DNA of 64,000 nt from Antedon mediterranea (lineage: Eukaryota; Animalia; Echinodermata): positions 13,006,771 to 13,070,770 of the forward strand of contig NC_092676.1 of assembly GCF_964355755.1 (NCBI RefSeq), written 5' to 3'. A program made the translations under genes and the position numbers. Shown here piece by piece: positions 24,970 to 38,609 of this stretch. Every line of letters starts with the position of its first letter. Position 1 is the stretch's first letter. The notes below the pieces were generated by a model that was given only the letters and a program-made list of their open reading frames with translations, ran no database searches and was not told the origin of the DNA.

Positions 24970-27900
24970 TGCACAAAATAGCTTAATATCGTGTTTGAAA
25001 ACGTTTTAGACCATTTTGAGCATGTCGATAAAACTTTTCACACAAAAACATAAAAGTGCACAGAATAGCTTCAAATCGCATTTGGAGACGTTTTAAACCA
25101 TTTTGTGCATTTCGAAAAAAACTTTTTAACATAAAAACACCAAAGTGCTTAGAATAGCTTCAAATCGCATTTGGAGACGTTTTAGACCATTTTGTGCATT
25201 TCGATGAAACTTGGTTACACAAAAACATCAAAGTGCTTAAAATCACATTTGAAACCGTTTTAGAGCATTTTGAGCATTTCGATAAAACTTTTCACACAAA
25301 AACATCAAAGTTTACAAAATAGCTTCAAATCACATTTGAAACCGTTTTAGACCATTTTGAGCATTTCGATAAAACTTTTCACACAAAAACATCAAAGTGT
25401 ACAAAATAGCTTCAAATCGCATTTGGAGACGTTTTAGACCATTTTGTGCATTTCGATGAAACTTGGTTACACAAAAACATCAAAGTGCTTAAAATCACGT
25501 TTGAAACCGTTTTAGACCATTTTGAGCGTTTCGATAAAACTTTTCACACAAATAAATCAGAGTGCACAAAATAGCTTCAAATCGCATTTGGAGACGTTTT
25601 AGACTATTTTGTGCATTTCGAAAAAATTTGTTAACATAAAAAGACCAAAGTGTTTAGAATATCTCCAAATCGCATTTGGAGACGTTTTAAACCATTTTGT
25701 GCATTTCGATGGAACTTGGTTACACAAAAACATCAAAGTGCTTAAAATCACATTTAAAACCGTTTTAGAGCATTTTGAGCATTTCGATAAAACTTTTCAC
25801 ACAAAAACATAAAAGTGTACAAAATAGCTTCAAATCGCATTTAGAGACGTTTTAGACCATTTTGTGCATTTTGATAAAACTTTTCACACAAAAACATCAA
25901 ATTGCACAAAATAGCTTAATATTGTGTTTGAAAACGTTTTAAACCATTTTGAGCATGTCGATAAAACTTTTCACACAAAAATATCAAAGTGCCCAGAATA
26001 TCTTCAAATCGCATTTAGAGACGTTTTAGACCATTTTGTGCATTTCGAAAAAACTTTTCACACAAAAACATCAAAGTGCACAGAATATCTTAATACCGTG
26101 TCTGAAATCGTTTTAAACCATTTTGAGCATGTCGATAAAACTTTTCACACAAAAACTTCAAAGTGCAAAGAATATCTTCAAATCGCATTTAGAGACGTTT
26201 TAGACCATTTTGTGCATTTCGAAAAAATTTGTTAACATAAAAAGACCAAAGTGTTTAGAATATCTCCAAATCGCATTTGGAGACGTTTTAGACCATTTTG
26301 TGCATTTCGATGAAACTTGTTAACATAAAAAGACCAAAGTGTTTAGAATATCTCCAAATCGCATTTGGAGACGTTTTAGACCATTTTGTGTTTTTCGAAA
26401 AAACTTTTCACACAAAAACATCAAAGTGTACAAAATTCCTTCAAATCGCATTTGGAGACGTTTTAGACCATTTTGTGATTTTCGAAAAACTTTTCACACA
26501 AAAACATCAAAGTGTAGAAAATTGCTTCAAATCGCATTTAGAGATGTTTTAGACCATTTTGTGCATTTCGAAAAAATTTGTTAACATAAAAAGACCAAAG
26601 TGTTTAGAATATCTCCAAATCGCATTTGGAGACGCTTTAGACCATTTTGTGCATTTCGATGACACTTGGTTACACAAAAACATCAAAGTGCTTAAAATCA
26701 CATTTAAAACCGTTTTAGAGCGTTTTGAGCATTTCGATAAACTTTTCAAACAAAAACATCAAAGTGTACAAAATAGCTTCAAATCGTATTTGGAGACGTT
26801 TTAGACCATTTTGTGCGTTTCGATGAATCTTGGTTACACAAAAACATCAAAGTGCTTAAAATCAAATTTAAAACCGTTTTAGTGCATTTTGAGCATTTCG
26901 ATAAAACTTTTCACACAAAAACATCAAAGTGCACAAAATAGCTTCAAATCGCATTTAGAGATGTTTTAGACCATTTTGTGCGTTTCGATAAAACTTTTCA
27001 CACAAAAACATCAAATTGCACAAAATAGCTTAATATTGTGTTTGAAAACGTTTTAAACCATTTTGAGCATGTCAATAAAACTTTTCACACAAAAATATCA
27101 AAGTGCCCAGAATATCTTCAAATCGCATTTAGAGACGTTTTAGACCATTTTGTGCATTTCGAAAAAATTTGTTAACATAAAAAGACCAAAGTGTTTAGAT
27201 TATCTCCAAATCGCATTTGGAGACGTTTTAGACCATTTTGTGTTTTTCGAAAAAACTTTTCACACAAAAACATCAAAGTGTACAAAATTGCTTCAAATCG
27301 CATTTAGAGAGGTTTTAGACCATTTTGTGCATTTCGATAAAACTTTTCACACAAAAACATCAAAGTGCACAGAATATCTTAATACCGTGTCTGAAATCGT
27401 TTTAAACCATTTTGAGCATGTCGATAAAACTTTTCACACAAAAACTTCAAAGTGCAAAGAATATCTTCAAATCGCATTTAGAGACGTTTTAGACCATTTT
27501 GTGCATTTCGAAAAAATTTGTTAACATAAAAAGACCAAAGTGTTTAGAATATCTCCAAATCGCATTTGGAGACGTTTTAGACCATTTTGTGCATTTCGAT
27601 GAAACTTGTTAACATAAAAAGACCAAAGTGTTTAGAATATCTCCAAATCGCATTTGGAGACGTTTTAGACCATTTTGTGTTTTTCGAAAAAACTTTTCAC
27701 ACAAAAACATCAAAGTGTACAAAATTCCTTCAAATCGCATTTGGAGACGTTTTAGACCATTTTGTGATTTTCGAAAAACTTTTCACACAAAAACATCAAA
27801 GTGTAGAAAATTGCTTCAAATCGCATTTAGAGATGTTTTAGACCATTTTGTGCATTTCGAAAAAATTTGTTAACATAAAAAGACCAAAGTGTTTAGAATA

Positions 27901-30900
27901 TCTCCAAATCGCATTTGGAGACGCTTTAGACCATTTTGTGCATTTCGATGACACTTGGTTACACAAAAACATCAAAGTGCTTAAAATCACATTTAAAACC
28001 GTTTTAGAGCGTTTTGAGCATTTCGATAAACTTTTCAAACAAAAACATCAAAGTGTACAAAATAGCTTCAAATCGTATTTGGAGACGTTTTAGACCATTT
28101 TGTGCGTTTCGATGAATCTTGGTTACACAAAAACATCAAAGTGCTTAAAATCAAATTTAAAACCGTTTTAGTGCATTTTGAGCATTTCGATAAAACTTTT
28201 CACACAAAAACATCAAAGTGCACAAAATAGCTTCAAATCGCATTTAGAGATGTTTTAGACCATTTTGTGCGTTTCGATAAAACTTTTCACACAAAAACAT
28301 CAAATTGCACAAAATAGCTTAATATCGTGTTTGAAAACGTTTTAGACCATTTTGAGCATGTCGATAAAACTTTTCACACAAAAACATAAAAGTGCACAGA
28401 ATAGCTTCAAATCGCATTTGGAGACGTTTTAAACCATTTTGTGCATTTCGAAAAAAACTTTTTAACATAAAAACACCAAAGTGCTTAGAATAGCTTCAAA
28501 TCGCATTTGGAGACGTTTTAGACCATTTTGTGCATTTCGATGAAACTTGGTTACACAAAAACATCAAAGTGCTTAAAATCACATTTGAAACCGTTTTAGA
28601 GCATTTTGAGCATTTCGATAAAACTTTTCACACAAAAACATCAAAGTTTACAAAATAGCTTCAAATCACATTTGAAACCGTTTTAGACCATTTTGAGCAT
28701 TTCGATAAAACTTTTCACACAAAAACATCAAAGTGTACAAAATAGCTTCAAATCGCATTTGGAGACGTTTTAGACCATTTTGTGCATTTCGATGAAACTT
28801 GGTTACACAAAAACATCAAAGTGCTTAAAATCACATTTGAAACCGTTTTAGACCATTTTGAGCGTTTCGATAAAACTTTTCACACAAATAAATCAGAGTG
28901 CACAAAATAGCTTCAAATCGCATTTGGAGACGTTTTAGACTATTTTGTGCATTTCGAAAAAATTTGTTAACATAAAAAGACCAAAGTGTTTAGAATATCT
29001 CCAAATCGCATTTGGAGACGTTTTAAACCATTTTGTGCATTTCGATGGAACTTGGTTACACAAAAACATCAAAGTGCTTAAAATCACATTTAAAACCGTT
29101 TTAGAGCATTTTGAGCATTTCGATAAAACTTTTCACACAAAAACATCAAAGTGTACAAAATAGCTTCAAATCGCATTTAGAGACGTTTTAGACCATTTTG
29201 TGCATTTTGATAAAACTTTTCACACAAAAACATCAAATTGCACAAAATAGCTTAATATTGTGTTTGAAAACGTTTTAAACCATTTTGAGCATGTCGATAA
29301 AACTTTTCACACAAAAATATCAAAGTGCCCAGAATATCTTCAAATCGCATTTAGAGACGTTTTAGACCATTTTGTGCATTTCGAAAAAATTTGTTAACAT
29401 AAAAAGACCAAAGTGTTTAGATTATCTCCAAATCGCATTTGGAGACGTTTTAGACCATTTTGTGTTTTTCGAAAAAACTTTTCACACAAAAACATCAAAG
29501 TGTACAAAATTGCTTCAAATCGCATTTAGAGAGGTTTTAGACCATTTTGTGCATTTCGATAAAACTTTTCACACAAAAACATCAAAGTGCACAGAATATC
29601 TTAATACCGTGTCTGAAATCGTTTTAAACCATTTTGAGCATGTCGATAAAACTTTTCACACAAAAACATCAAAGTGCACAGAATATCTTCAAATCGCATT
29701 TAGAGACGTTTTAGACCATTTTGTGCATTTCGAAAAAATTTGTTAACATAAAAAGACCAAAGTGTTTAGAATATCTCCAAATCGCATTTGGAGACGTTTT
29801 AGACCATTTTGTGCATTTCGATGAAACTTGTTAACATAAAAAGACCAAAGTGTTTAGAATATCTCCAAATCGCATTTGGAGACGTTTTAGACCATTTTGT
29901 GTTTTTCGAAAAAACTTTTCACACAAAAACATCAAAGTGTACAAAATTCCTTCAAATCGCATTTGGAGACGTTTTAGACCATTTTGTGATTTTCGAAAAA
30001 CTTTTCACACAAAAACATCAAAGTGTAGAAAATTGCTTCAAATCGCATTTAGAGATGTTTTAGACCATTTTGTGCATTTCGAAAAAATTTGTTAACATAA
30101 AAAGACCAAAGTGTTTAGAATATCTCCAAATCGCATTTGGAGACGTTTTAGACCATTTTGTGCATTTCGATGACACTTGGTTACACAAAAACATCAAAGT
30201 GCTTAAAATCACATTTAAAACCGTTTTAGAGCGTTTTGAGCATTTCGATAAACTTTTCAAACAAAAACATCAAAGTGTACAAAATAGCTTCAAATCGTAT
30301 TTGGAGACGTTTTAGACCATTTTGTGCGTTTCGATGAATCTTGGTTACACAAAAACATCAAAGTGCTTAAAATCAAATTTAAAACCGTTTTAGTGCATTT
30401 TGAGCATTTCGATAAAACTTTTCACACAAAAACATCAAAGTGCACAAAATAGCTTCAAATCGCATTTAGAGATGTTTTAGACCATTTTGTGCGTTTCGAT
30501 AAAACTTTTCACACAAAAACATGAAATTGCACAAAATAGCTTAATATCGTGTTTGAAAACGTTTTAGACCATTTTGAGCATGTCGATAAAACTTTTCACA
30601 CAAAAACATAAAAGTGCACAGAATAGCTTCAAATCGCATTTGGAGACGTTTTAAACCATTTTGTGCATTTCGAAAAAAACTTTTTAACATAAAAACACCA
30701 AAGTGCTTAGAATAGCTTCAAATCGCATTTGGAGACGTTTTAGACCATTTTGTGCATTTCGATGAAACTTGGTTACACAAAAACATCAAAGTGCTTAAAA
30801 TCACATTTGAAACCGTTTTAGAGCATTTTGAGCATTTCGATAAAACTTTTCACACAAAAACATCAAAGTTTACAAAATAGCTTCAAATCACATTTGAAAC

Positions 30901-32050
30901 CGTTTTAGACCATTTTGAGCATTTCGATAAAACTTTTCACACAAAAACATCAAAGTGTACAAAATAGCTTCAAATCGCATTTGGAGACGTTTTAGACCAT
31001 TTTGTGCATTTCGATGAAACTTGGTTACACAAAAACATCAAAGTGCTTAAAATCACATTTGAAACCGTTTTAGACCATTTTGAGCGTTTCGATAAAACTT
31101 TTAACACAAATAAATCAGAGTGCACAAAATAGCTTCAAATCGCATTTGGAGACGTTTTAGACTATTTTGTGCATTTCGAAAAAATTTGTTAACATAAAAA
31201 GACCAAAGTGTTTAGAATATCTCCAAATCGCATTTGGAGACGTTTTAAACCATTTTGTGCATTTCGATGGAACTTGGTTACACAAAAACATCAAAGTGCT
31301 TAAAATCACATTTAAAACCGTTTTAGAGCATTTTGAGCATTTCGATAAAACTTTTCACACAAAAACATCAAAGTGTACAAAATAGCTTCAAATCGCATTT
31401 AGAGACGTTTTAGACCATTTTGTGCATTTTGATAAAACTTTTCACACAAAAACATCAAATTGCACAAAATAGCTTAATATTGTGTTTGAAAACGTTTTAA
31501 ACCATTTTGAGCATGTCGATAAAACTTTTCACACAAAAATATCAAAGTGCCCAGAATATCTTCAAATCGCATTTAGAGACGTTTTAGACCATTTTGTGCA
31601 TTTCGAAAAAATTTGTTAACATAAAAAGACCAAAGTGTTTAGATTATCTCCAAATCGCATTTGGAGACGTTTTAGACCATTTTGTGTTTTTCGAAAAAAC
31701 TTTTCACACAAAAACATCAAAGTGTACAAAATTGCTTCAAATCGCATTTAGAGAGGTTTTAGACCATTTTGTGCATTTCGATAAAACTTTTCACACAAAA
31801 ACATCAAAGTGCACAGAATATCTTAATACCGTGTCTGAAATCGTTTTAAACCATTTTGAGCATGTCGATAAAACTTTTCACACAAAAACATCAAAGTGCA
31901 CAGAATATCTTCAAATCGCATTTAGAGACGTTTTAGACCATTTTGTGCATTTCGAAAAAATTTGTTAACATAAAAAGACCAAAGTGTTTAGAATATCTCC
32001 AAATCGCATTTGGAGACGTTTTAGACCATTTTGTGCATTTCGATGAAACT
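24970..32050 (+). repeat. 2222-bp higher-order tandem repeat (about 2.3 intact periods at 26990-32050), preceded by an internally deleted 1114-bp copy
   Basis: ORF starts 27150/29372/31594, 27587/29809, 27848/30070 and 28945/31167 are all 2222 apart. The GTGCCCAGA marker lies near 25990, 27104, 29326 and 31548. Confidence 0.9.
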
Positions 32051-35000
32051 TGGTTACACAAAAACATCAAAGTGCTTAAAATCACATTTGAAACCGTTTT
32101 AGAGCATTTTGAGCATTTCGATAAAACTTTTCACACAAAAACATCAAAGTGTACAAAATAGCTTCAAATCACATTTGAAACCGTTTTAGACCATTTTGAG
32201 CATTTCGATAAAACTTTTCACACAAAAACATCAAAGTGTACAGAATAGCTTCAAATCGTATTTGGAGACGTTTTAGACCATTTTGTGCATTTCGATGAAA
32301 CTTGGTTACACAAAAACATCAAAGTGCTTAAAATCACATTTGAAACCGTTTTAGAGCATTTTTAACATTTCGATAATACTTTTCACACAAAAACATCAAA
32401 GTGTACAAAATAGCTTCAAATCGCATTTGGAGACGTTTTAGACCATTTTGTGCATTTCGATGAAACTTGGTTACACAAAAACATCAAAGTGCTTAAAATC
32501 ACATTTGAAACCGTTTTAGAGCATTTTGAGCATTTCGATAAAACTTTTCACACAAAAAAATCAAAGTGCACAAAATAGCTTCAAATCGCATTTGGAGAGG
32601 TTTTAGACCATTTTGTGCATTTCGATAAAACTTTTCACACAAAAACATCAAAGTGTACAAAATAGCTTCAAATCGCATTTAGAGACGTTTTAGACCATTT
32701 TGTGCATTTCGATGAAACTTGGTTACACAAAAACATCAAAGTGCTTAAAATCACATTTAAAACCGTTTTAGAGCGTTTTGAGCATTTCGATAAACTTTTT
32801 ACACAAAAACATCAAAGTGCACAAAATAGCTTCAAATCGCATTTAGGGATGTTTTAGACCATTTTGTGCATTTCGATAAAACTTTTCACACAAAAACATC
32901 AAATTGCACAAAATAGCTTAATACCGTGTTTGAAATCATTTTAAACCATTTTGAGCATGTCGATAAAACTTTTCACACAAAAACATCAAAGTGCACAGAA
33001 TATCTTCAAATCGCATTTAGAGACGTTTTAGACCATTTTGTGCATTTCGAAAAAATTTGTTAACATAAAAAGACCAAAGTGTTTAGAATATCTCCAAATC
33101 GCATTTGGAGACGTTTTAGACCATTTTGTGCATTTCGATGAAAATTGGTTACACAAAAACATCAAAGTGCTTAAAATCACATTTGAAACCGTTTTAGAGC
33201 ATTTTGAGCATTTCGATAAAACTTTTCACACAAAAACATCAAAGTGTACAAAATAGCTTCAAATCACATTTGAAACCGTTTTAGACCATTTTGAGCATTT
33301 CGATAAAACTTTTCACACAAAAACATCAAAGTGTACAAAATAGCTTCAAATCGCATTTGGAGACGTTTTAGACCATTTTGTGCATTTCGATGAAACTTGG
33401 TTACACAAAAACATCAAAGTGCTTAAAATCACATTTAAAACCGTTTTAGAGCATTTTTAGCATTTCGATAAAACTTTTCACACAAAAACATCAAAGTGTA
33501 CAAAATAGCTTCAAATCGCATTTAGAGAGGTTTTAGACAATTTTGTGCATTTCGATAAAACTTTTCACACAAAAACATCAAAGTGTACAAAATAGCTTCA
33601 AATTGCATTTAGAGACGTTTTAGACCATTTTGTGCATTTCGATAAAACTTTTCACACAAAAACATCAAATTGCACAAAATCGTTTTAAACCATTTTAAAT
33701 CGTTTTAAACCATTTTGAGCATGTCGATAAAACTTTTCACAAAAAACATCAAAGTGCACAGAATAGCTTCAAATTGCATTTGGAGACGTTTTAGAGCATT
33801 TTGTGCATTTCGATAAAATGTGTTAACATAAAAAGACCAAAGTGTTTAGAATATCTTCAAATCACATTTGGAGACGTTTTAGACCATTTTTTGCATTTCG
33901 ATGAAACTTGGTTACACAAAAACATCAAAGTCCTTAAAATCACATTTGAAACCGTTTTAGAGCATTTTGAGCATTTCGATAAAACTTTTCACACAAAAAC
34001 ATCAAAGTGTACAAAATAGCTTCAAATCGCATTTAGAGACGTTTTAGACCATTTTTTGCATTTCGATGAAACTTGGTTACACAAAAACATCAAAGTGCTT
34101 AAAATCACATTTAAAACTGTTTTAGAGTATTTTTAGCATTTCGATAAAACTTTTCACACAAAAACATCAAAGTGTACAAAATAGCTTCAAATCGCATTTA
34201 GAGAGGTTTTAGACAATTTTGTGCATTTCGATAAAACTTCTCACACAAAAACATCAAAGTGTACAAAATACCTTCAAATTGCATTTAGAGACGTTTTAGA
34301 CCATTTTGTGCATTTCGATAAAACTTTTCACACAAAAACATCAAATTGCACAAAATCGTTTTAAACCATTTTAAATCGTTTTAAACCATTTTGAGCATTT
34401 CGATAAAACTTTTCACAAAAAACATCAAAGTGTTTAGAATATCTTCAAATCACATTTGGAGACGTTTTAGACCATTTTTTGCATTTCGATGAAACTTGGT
34501 TACACAAAAACATCAAAGTGCTTAAAATCACATTTGAAACCGTTTTAGAGCATTTTGAGCATTTCGATAAAACTTTTCACACAAAAACATCAAAGTGTAC
34601 AAAATAGCTTCAAATCGCATTTAGAGACGTTTTAGACCATTTTGTGCATTTCGAAAAAATTTGTTAACATAAAAAGACCAAAGTGTTTAGAATATCTCCA
34701 AATCGCATTTGGAGACGTTTTAGACCATTTTGTGCATTTCGATGAAACTTGGTTACACAAAAACATCAAAGTGCTTAAAATCACATTTGAAACCGTTTTA
34801 GAGCATTTTTAGCATTTCGATAATACTTTTCACACAAAAACATCAAAGTGTACAAAATAGCTTCAAATCGCATTTGGAGACGTTTTAGACCATTTTGTGC
34901 ATTTCGATGAAACTTGGTTACACAAAAACATCAAAGTGCTTAAAATCACATTTGAAACCGTTTTAGACCATTTTGAGCATTTCGATAAAACTTTTCACAC

Positions 35001-38000
35001 AAAAAAATCAAAGTGCACAAAATAGCTTCAAATCGCATTTGGAGACGTTTTAGACTATTTGTGCATTTTGAAAAAATTTGTTAACATAAAAAGACCAAAG
35101 TGTTTAGAATATCTCCAAATCGCATTTGGAGACGTTTTAAACCATTTTGTGCATTTCGATGGAACTTGGTTACACAAAAACATCAAAGTGCTTAAAATCA
35201 CATTTAAAACCGTTTTAGAGCATTTTGAGCATTTCGATAAAACTTTTCACACAAAAACATCAAAGTGTACAAAATAGCTTCAAATCGCATTTAGAGAGGT
35301 TTTAGACCATTTTGTGCATTTCGATAAAACTTTTCACACAAAAACATCAAAGTGTACAAAATAGCTTCAAATCGCATTTAGAGACGTTTTAGACCATTTT
35401 GTGCATTTCGATAAAACTTTTCACACAAAAACATCAAATTGCACAAAATAGCTTAATACCGTGTTTGAAATCGTTTTAAACCATTTTGAGCATGTCGATA
35501 AAACTTTTCACAAAAAAACATCAAAGTGCACAGAATAGCTTCAAATCGCATTTGGAGACGTTTTAAACCATTTTGAGCATTTCGATAAAACTTTTCACAC
35601 AAAAACATCAAAGTGTACAAAATAGCTTCAAATCGCATTTAGAGAGGTTTTAGACCATTTTGTGCATTTCGATAAAACTTTTCACACAAAAACATCAAAT
35701 TGCACAAAATAGCTTAATATCGTGTTTGAAAACGTTTTAAACCATTTTGAGCATGTCGATAAAACTTTTCACACAAAAATATCAAAGCGCACAGAATATC
35801 TTCAAATCGCATTTAGAGACGTTTTAGACCATTTTGTGCATTTCGAAAAAATTGGTTAACATAAAAAGACCAAAGCGTTTAGAATATCTCCAAATCGCAT
35901 TTGGAGACGTTTTAGACCATTTTGTGCATTTCGATGAAACTTGGTTACACAAAAACATCAAAGTGCTTAAAATCACATTTAAAACCGTTTTAGAGCGTTT
36001 TGAGCATTTCGATAAACTTTTCACACAAAAACATCAAAGTGCACAAAATAGCTTCAAATCGCATTTAGAGATGTTTTAGACCATTTTGTGCATTTCGATA
36101 AAACTTTTCACACAAAAACATCAAATTGCACAAAATAGCTTAATACCGTGTTTGAAATCGTTTTAAACCATTTTGAGCATGTCGATAAAACTTTTCACAC
36201 AAAAACATCAAAGTGTACAAAATAGCTTCAAATCGCATTTAGAGAGGTTTTAGACCATTTTGTGCATTTCGATAAAACTTTTCACACAAAAACATCAAAG
36301 TGTACAAAATAGCTTCAAATCGCATTTGGAGACGTTTTAGACCATTTTGTGCATTTCGATGAAACTTGGTTACACAAAAACATCAAAGTGCTTAAAATTA
36401 CATTTGAAAGCGTTTTAGAGCATTTTGAGCATTTCGATAATACTTTTCACACAAAAACATCAAAGTGTACAAAATAGCTTCAAATCGCATTTGGAGACGT
36501 TTTAGACCATTTTGTGCATCAAAGTGCTTAAAATCACATTTAAAACCGTTTTAGAGCGTTTTGAGCATTTCGATAAACTTTTTACACAAAAACATCAAAG
36601 TGCACAAAATAGCTTCAAATCGCATTTAGAGACGTTTTAGACCATTTTGTGCATTTCGATAAAACTTTTCACACAAAAACATCAAATTGCACAAAATAGC
36701 TTAATACCGTGTTTGAAATCATTTTAAACCATTTTGAGCATGTCGATAAAACTTTTCACACAAAAACATCAAAGTGCACAGAATATCTTCAAATCGCATT
36801 TAGAGACGTTTTAGACCATTTTGTGCATTTCGAAAAAATTTGTTAACATAAAAAGACCAAAGTGTTTAGAATATCTCCAAATCGCATTTGGAGACGTTTT
36901 AGACCATTTTGTGCATTTCGATGAAACTTGGTTACACAAAAACATCAAAGTGCTTAAAATCACATTTGAAACCGTTTTAGAGCATTTTGAGCATTTCGAT
37001 AAAACTTTTCACACAAAAACATCAAAGTGTACAAAATAGCTTCAAATCACATTTGAAACCGTTTTAGACCATTTTGAGCATTTCGATAAAACTTTTCACA
37101 CAAAAACATCAAAGTGTACAAAATAGCTTCAATTCGCATTTGGAGACGTTTTAGACCATTTTGTGCATTTCGATGAAACTTGGTTACACAAAAACATCAA
37201 AGTGTACAGAATAGCTTCAAATCGCATTTGGAGACGTTTTAGACCATTTTGTGCATTTCGATGAAACTTGGTTACACAAAAACATCAAAGTGCTTAAAAT
37301 CACATTTGAAACCGTTTTAGAGCATTTTTAACATTTCGATAATACTTTTCACACAAAAACATCAAAGTGCTTAAAATCACATTTGAAACCGTTTTAGAGC
37401 ATTTTTAGCATTTCGATAATACTTTTCACACAAAAACATCAAAGTGTACAAAATAGCTTCAAATCGCATTTGGAGACGTTTTAGACTATTTTGTGCATTT
37501 CGAAAAAATTTGTTAACATAAAAAGACCAAAGTGTTTAGAATATCTCCAAATCGCATTTGGAGACGTTTTAAACCATTTTGTGCATTTCGATGGAACTTG
37601 GTTACACAAAAACATCAAAGTGCTTAAAATCACATTTGAAACCGTTTTAGAGCATTTTTAGCATTTCGATAATACTTTTCACACAAAAACATCAAAGTGT
37701 ACAAAATAGCTTCAAATCGCATTTGGAGACGTTTTAGACCATTTTGTGCATTTCGATGAAACTTGGTTACACAAAAACATCAAATTGCACAAAATAGCTT
37801 AATATCGTGTTTGAAAACGTTTTAAACCATTTTGAGCATGTCGATAAAACTTTTCACACAAAAATATCAAAGTGCACAGAATATCTTCAAATCGCATTTA
37901 GAGACGTTTTAGACCATTTTGTGCATTTCGAAAAAATTTGTTAACATAAAAAGACCAAAGTGTTTAGAATATCTCCAAATCGCATTTGGAGACGTTTTAG

Positions 38001-38299
38001 ACCATTTTGTGCATTTCGATGAAACTTGGTTACATAAAAACATCAAAGTGCTTAAAATCACATTTAAAACCGTTTTAGAGCGTTTTGAGCATTTCGATAA
38101 ACTTTTCACACAAAAACATCAAAGTGCACAAAATAGCTTCAAATCGCATTTAGAGATGTTTTAGACCATTTTGTGCATTTCGAAAAAACTTTTCACACAA
38201 AAACATCAAATTGCACACAATAGCTTAATACCGTGTTTGAAATCGTTTTAAACCATTTGAGCATGTCGATAAAACTTTTCACACAAAAACATCAAAGTG
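30981..38299 (+). repeat. 7.3-kb block, copy 2 (of 1531-8850)
   Basis: Colinear with 1531-8850. About 15 point differences noticed by eye. Confidence 0.92.
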
Positions 38300-38609
38300 T
38301 ACAAAATAGCTTCAAATAACATTTGAAACCGTTTTAGACCATTTTGAGCATTTCGATAAAACTTTTCACACAAAAACATCAAAGTGTACAAAATGGCTTC
38401 AAATCGCATTTGGAGACGTTTTAGAGCATTTTGAGCATTTCGATAAAACTTTTCACACAAAAAAATCAAAGTGCACAAAATAGCTTCAAATCGCATTTGG
38501 AGACGTTTTAGACTATTTTGTGCATTTCGAAAAAATTTGTTAACATAAAAAGACCAAAGTGTTTAGAATATCTCCAAATCGCATTTGGAGACGTTTTAAA
38601 CCATTTTGT

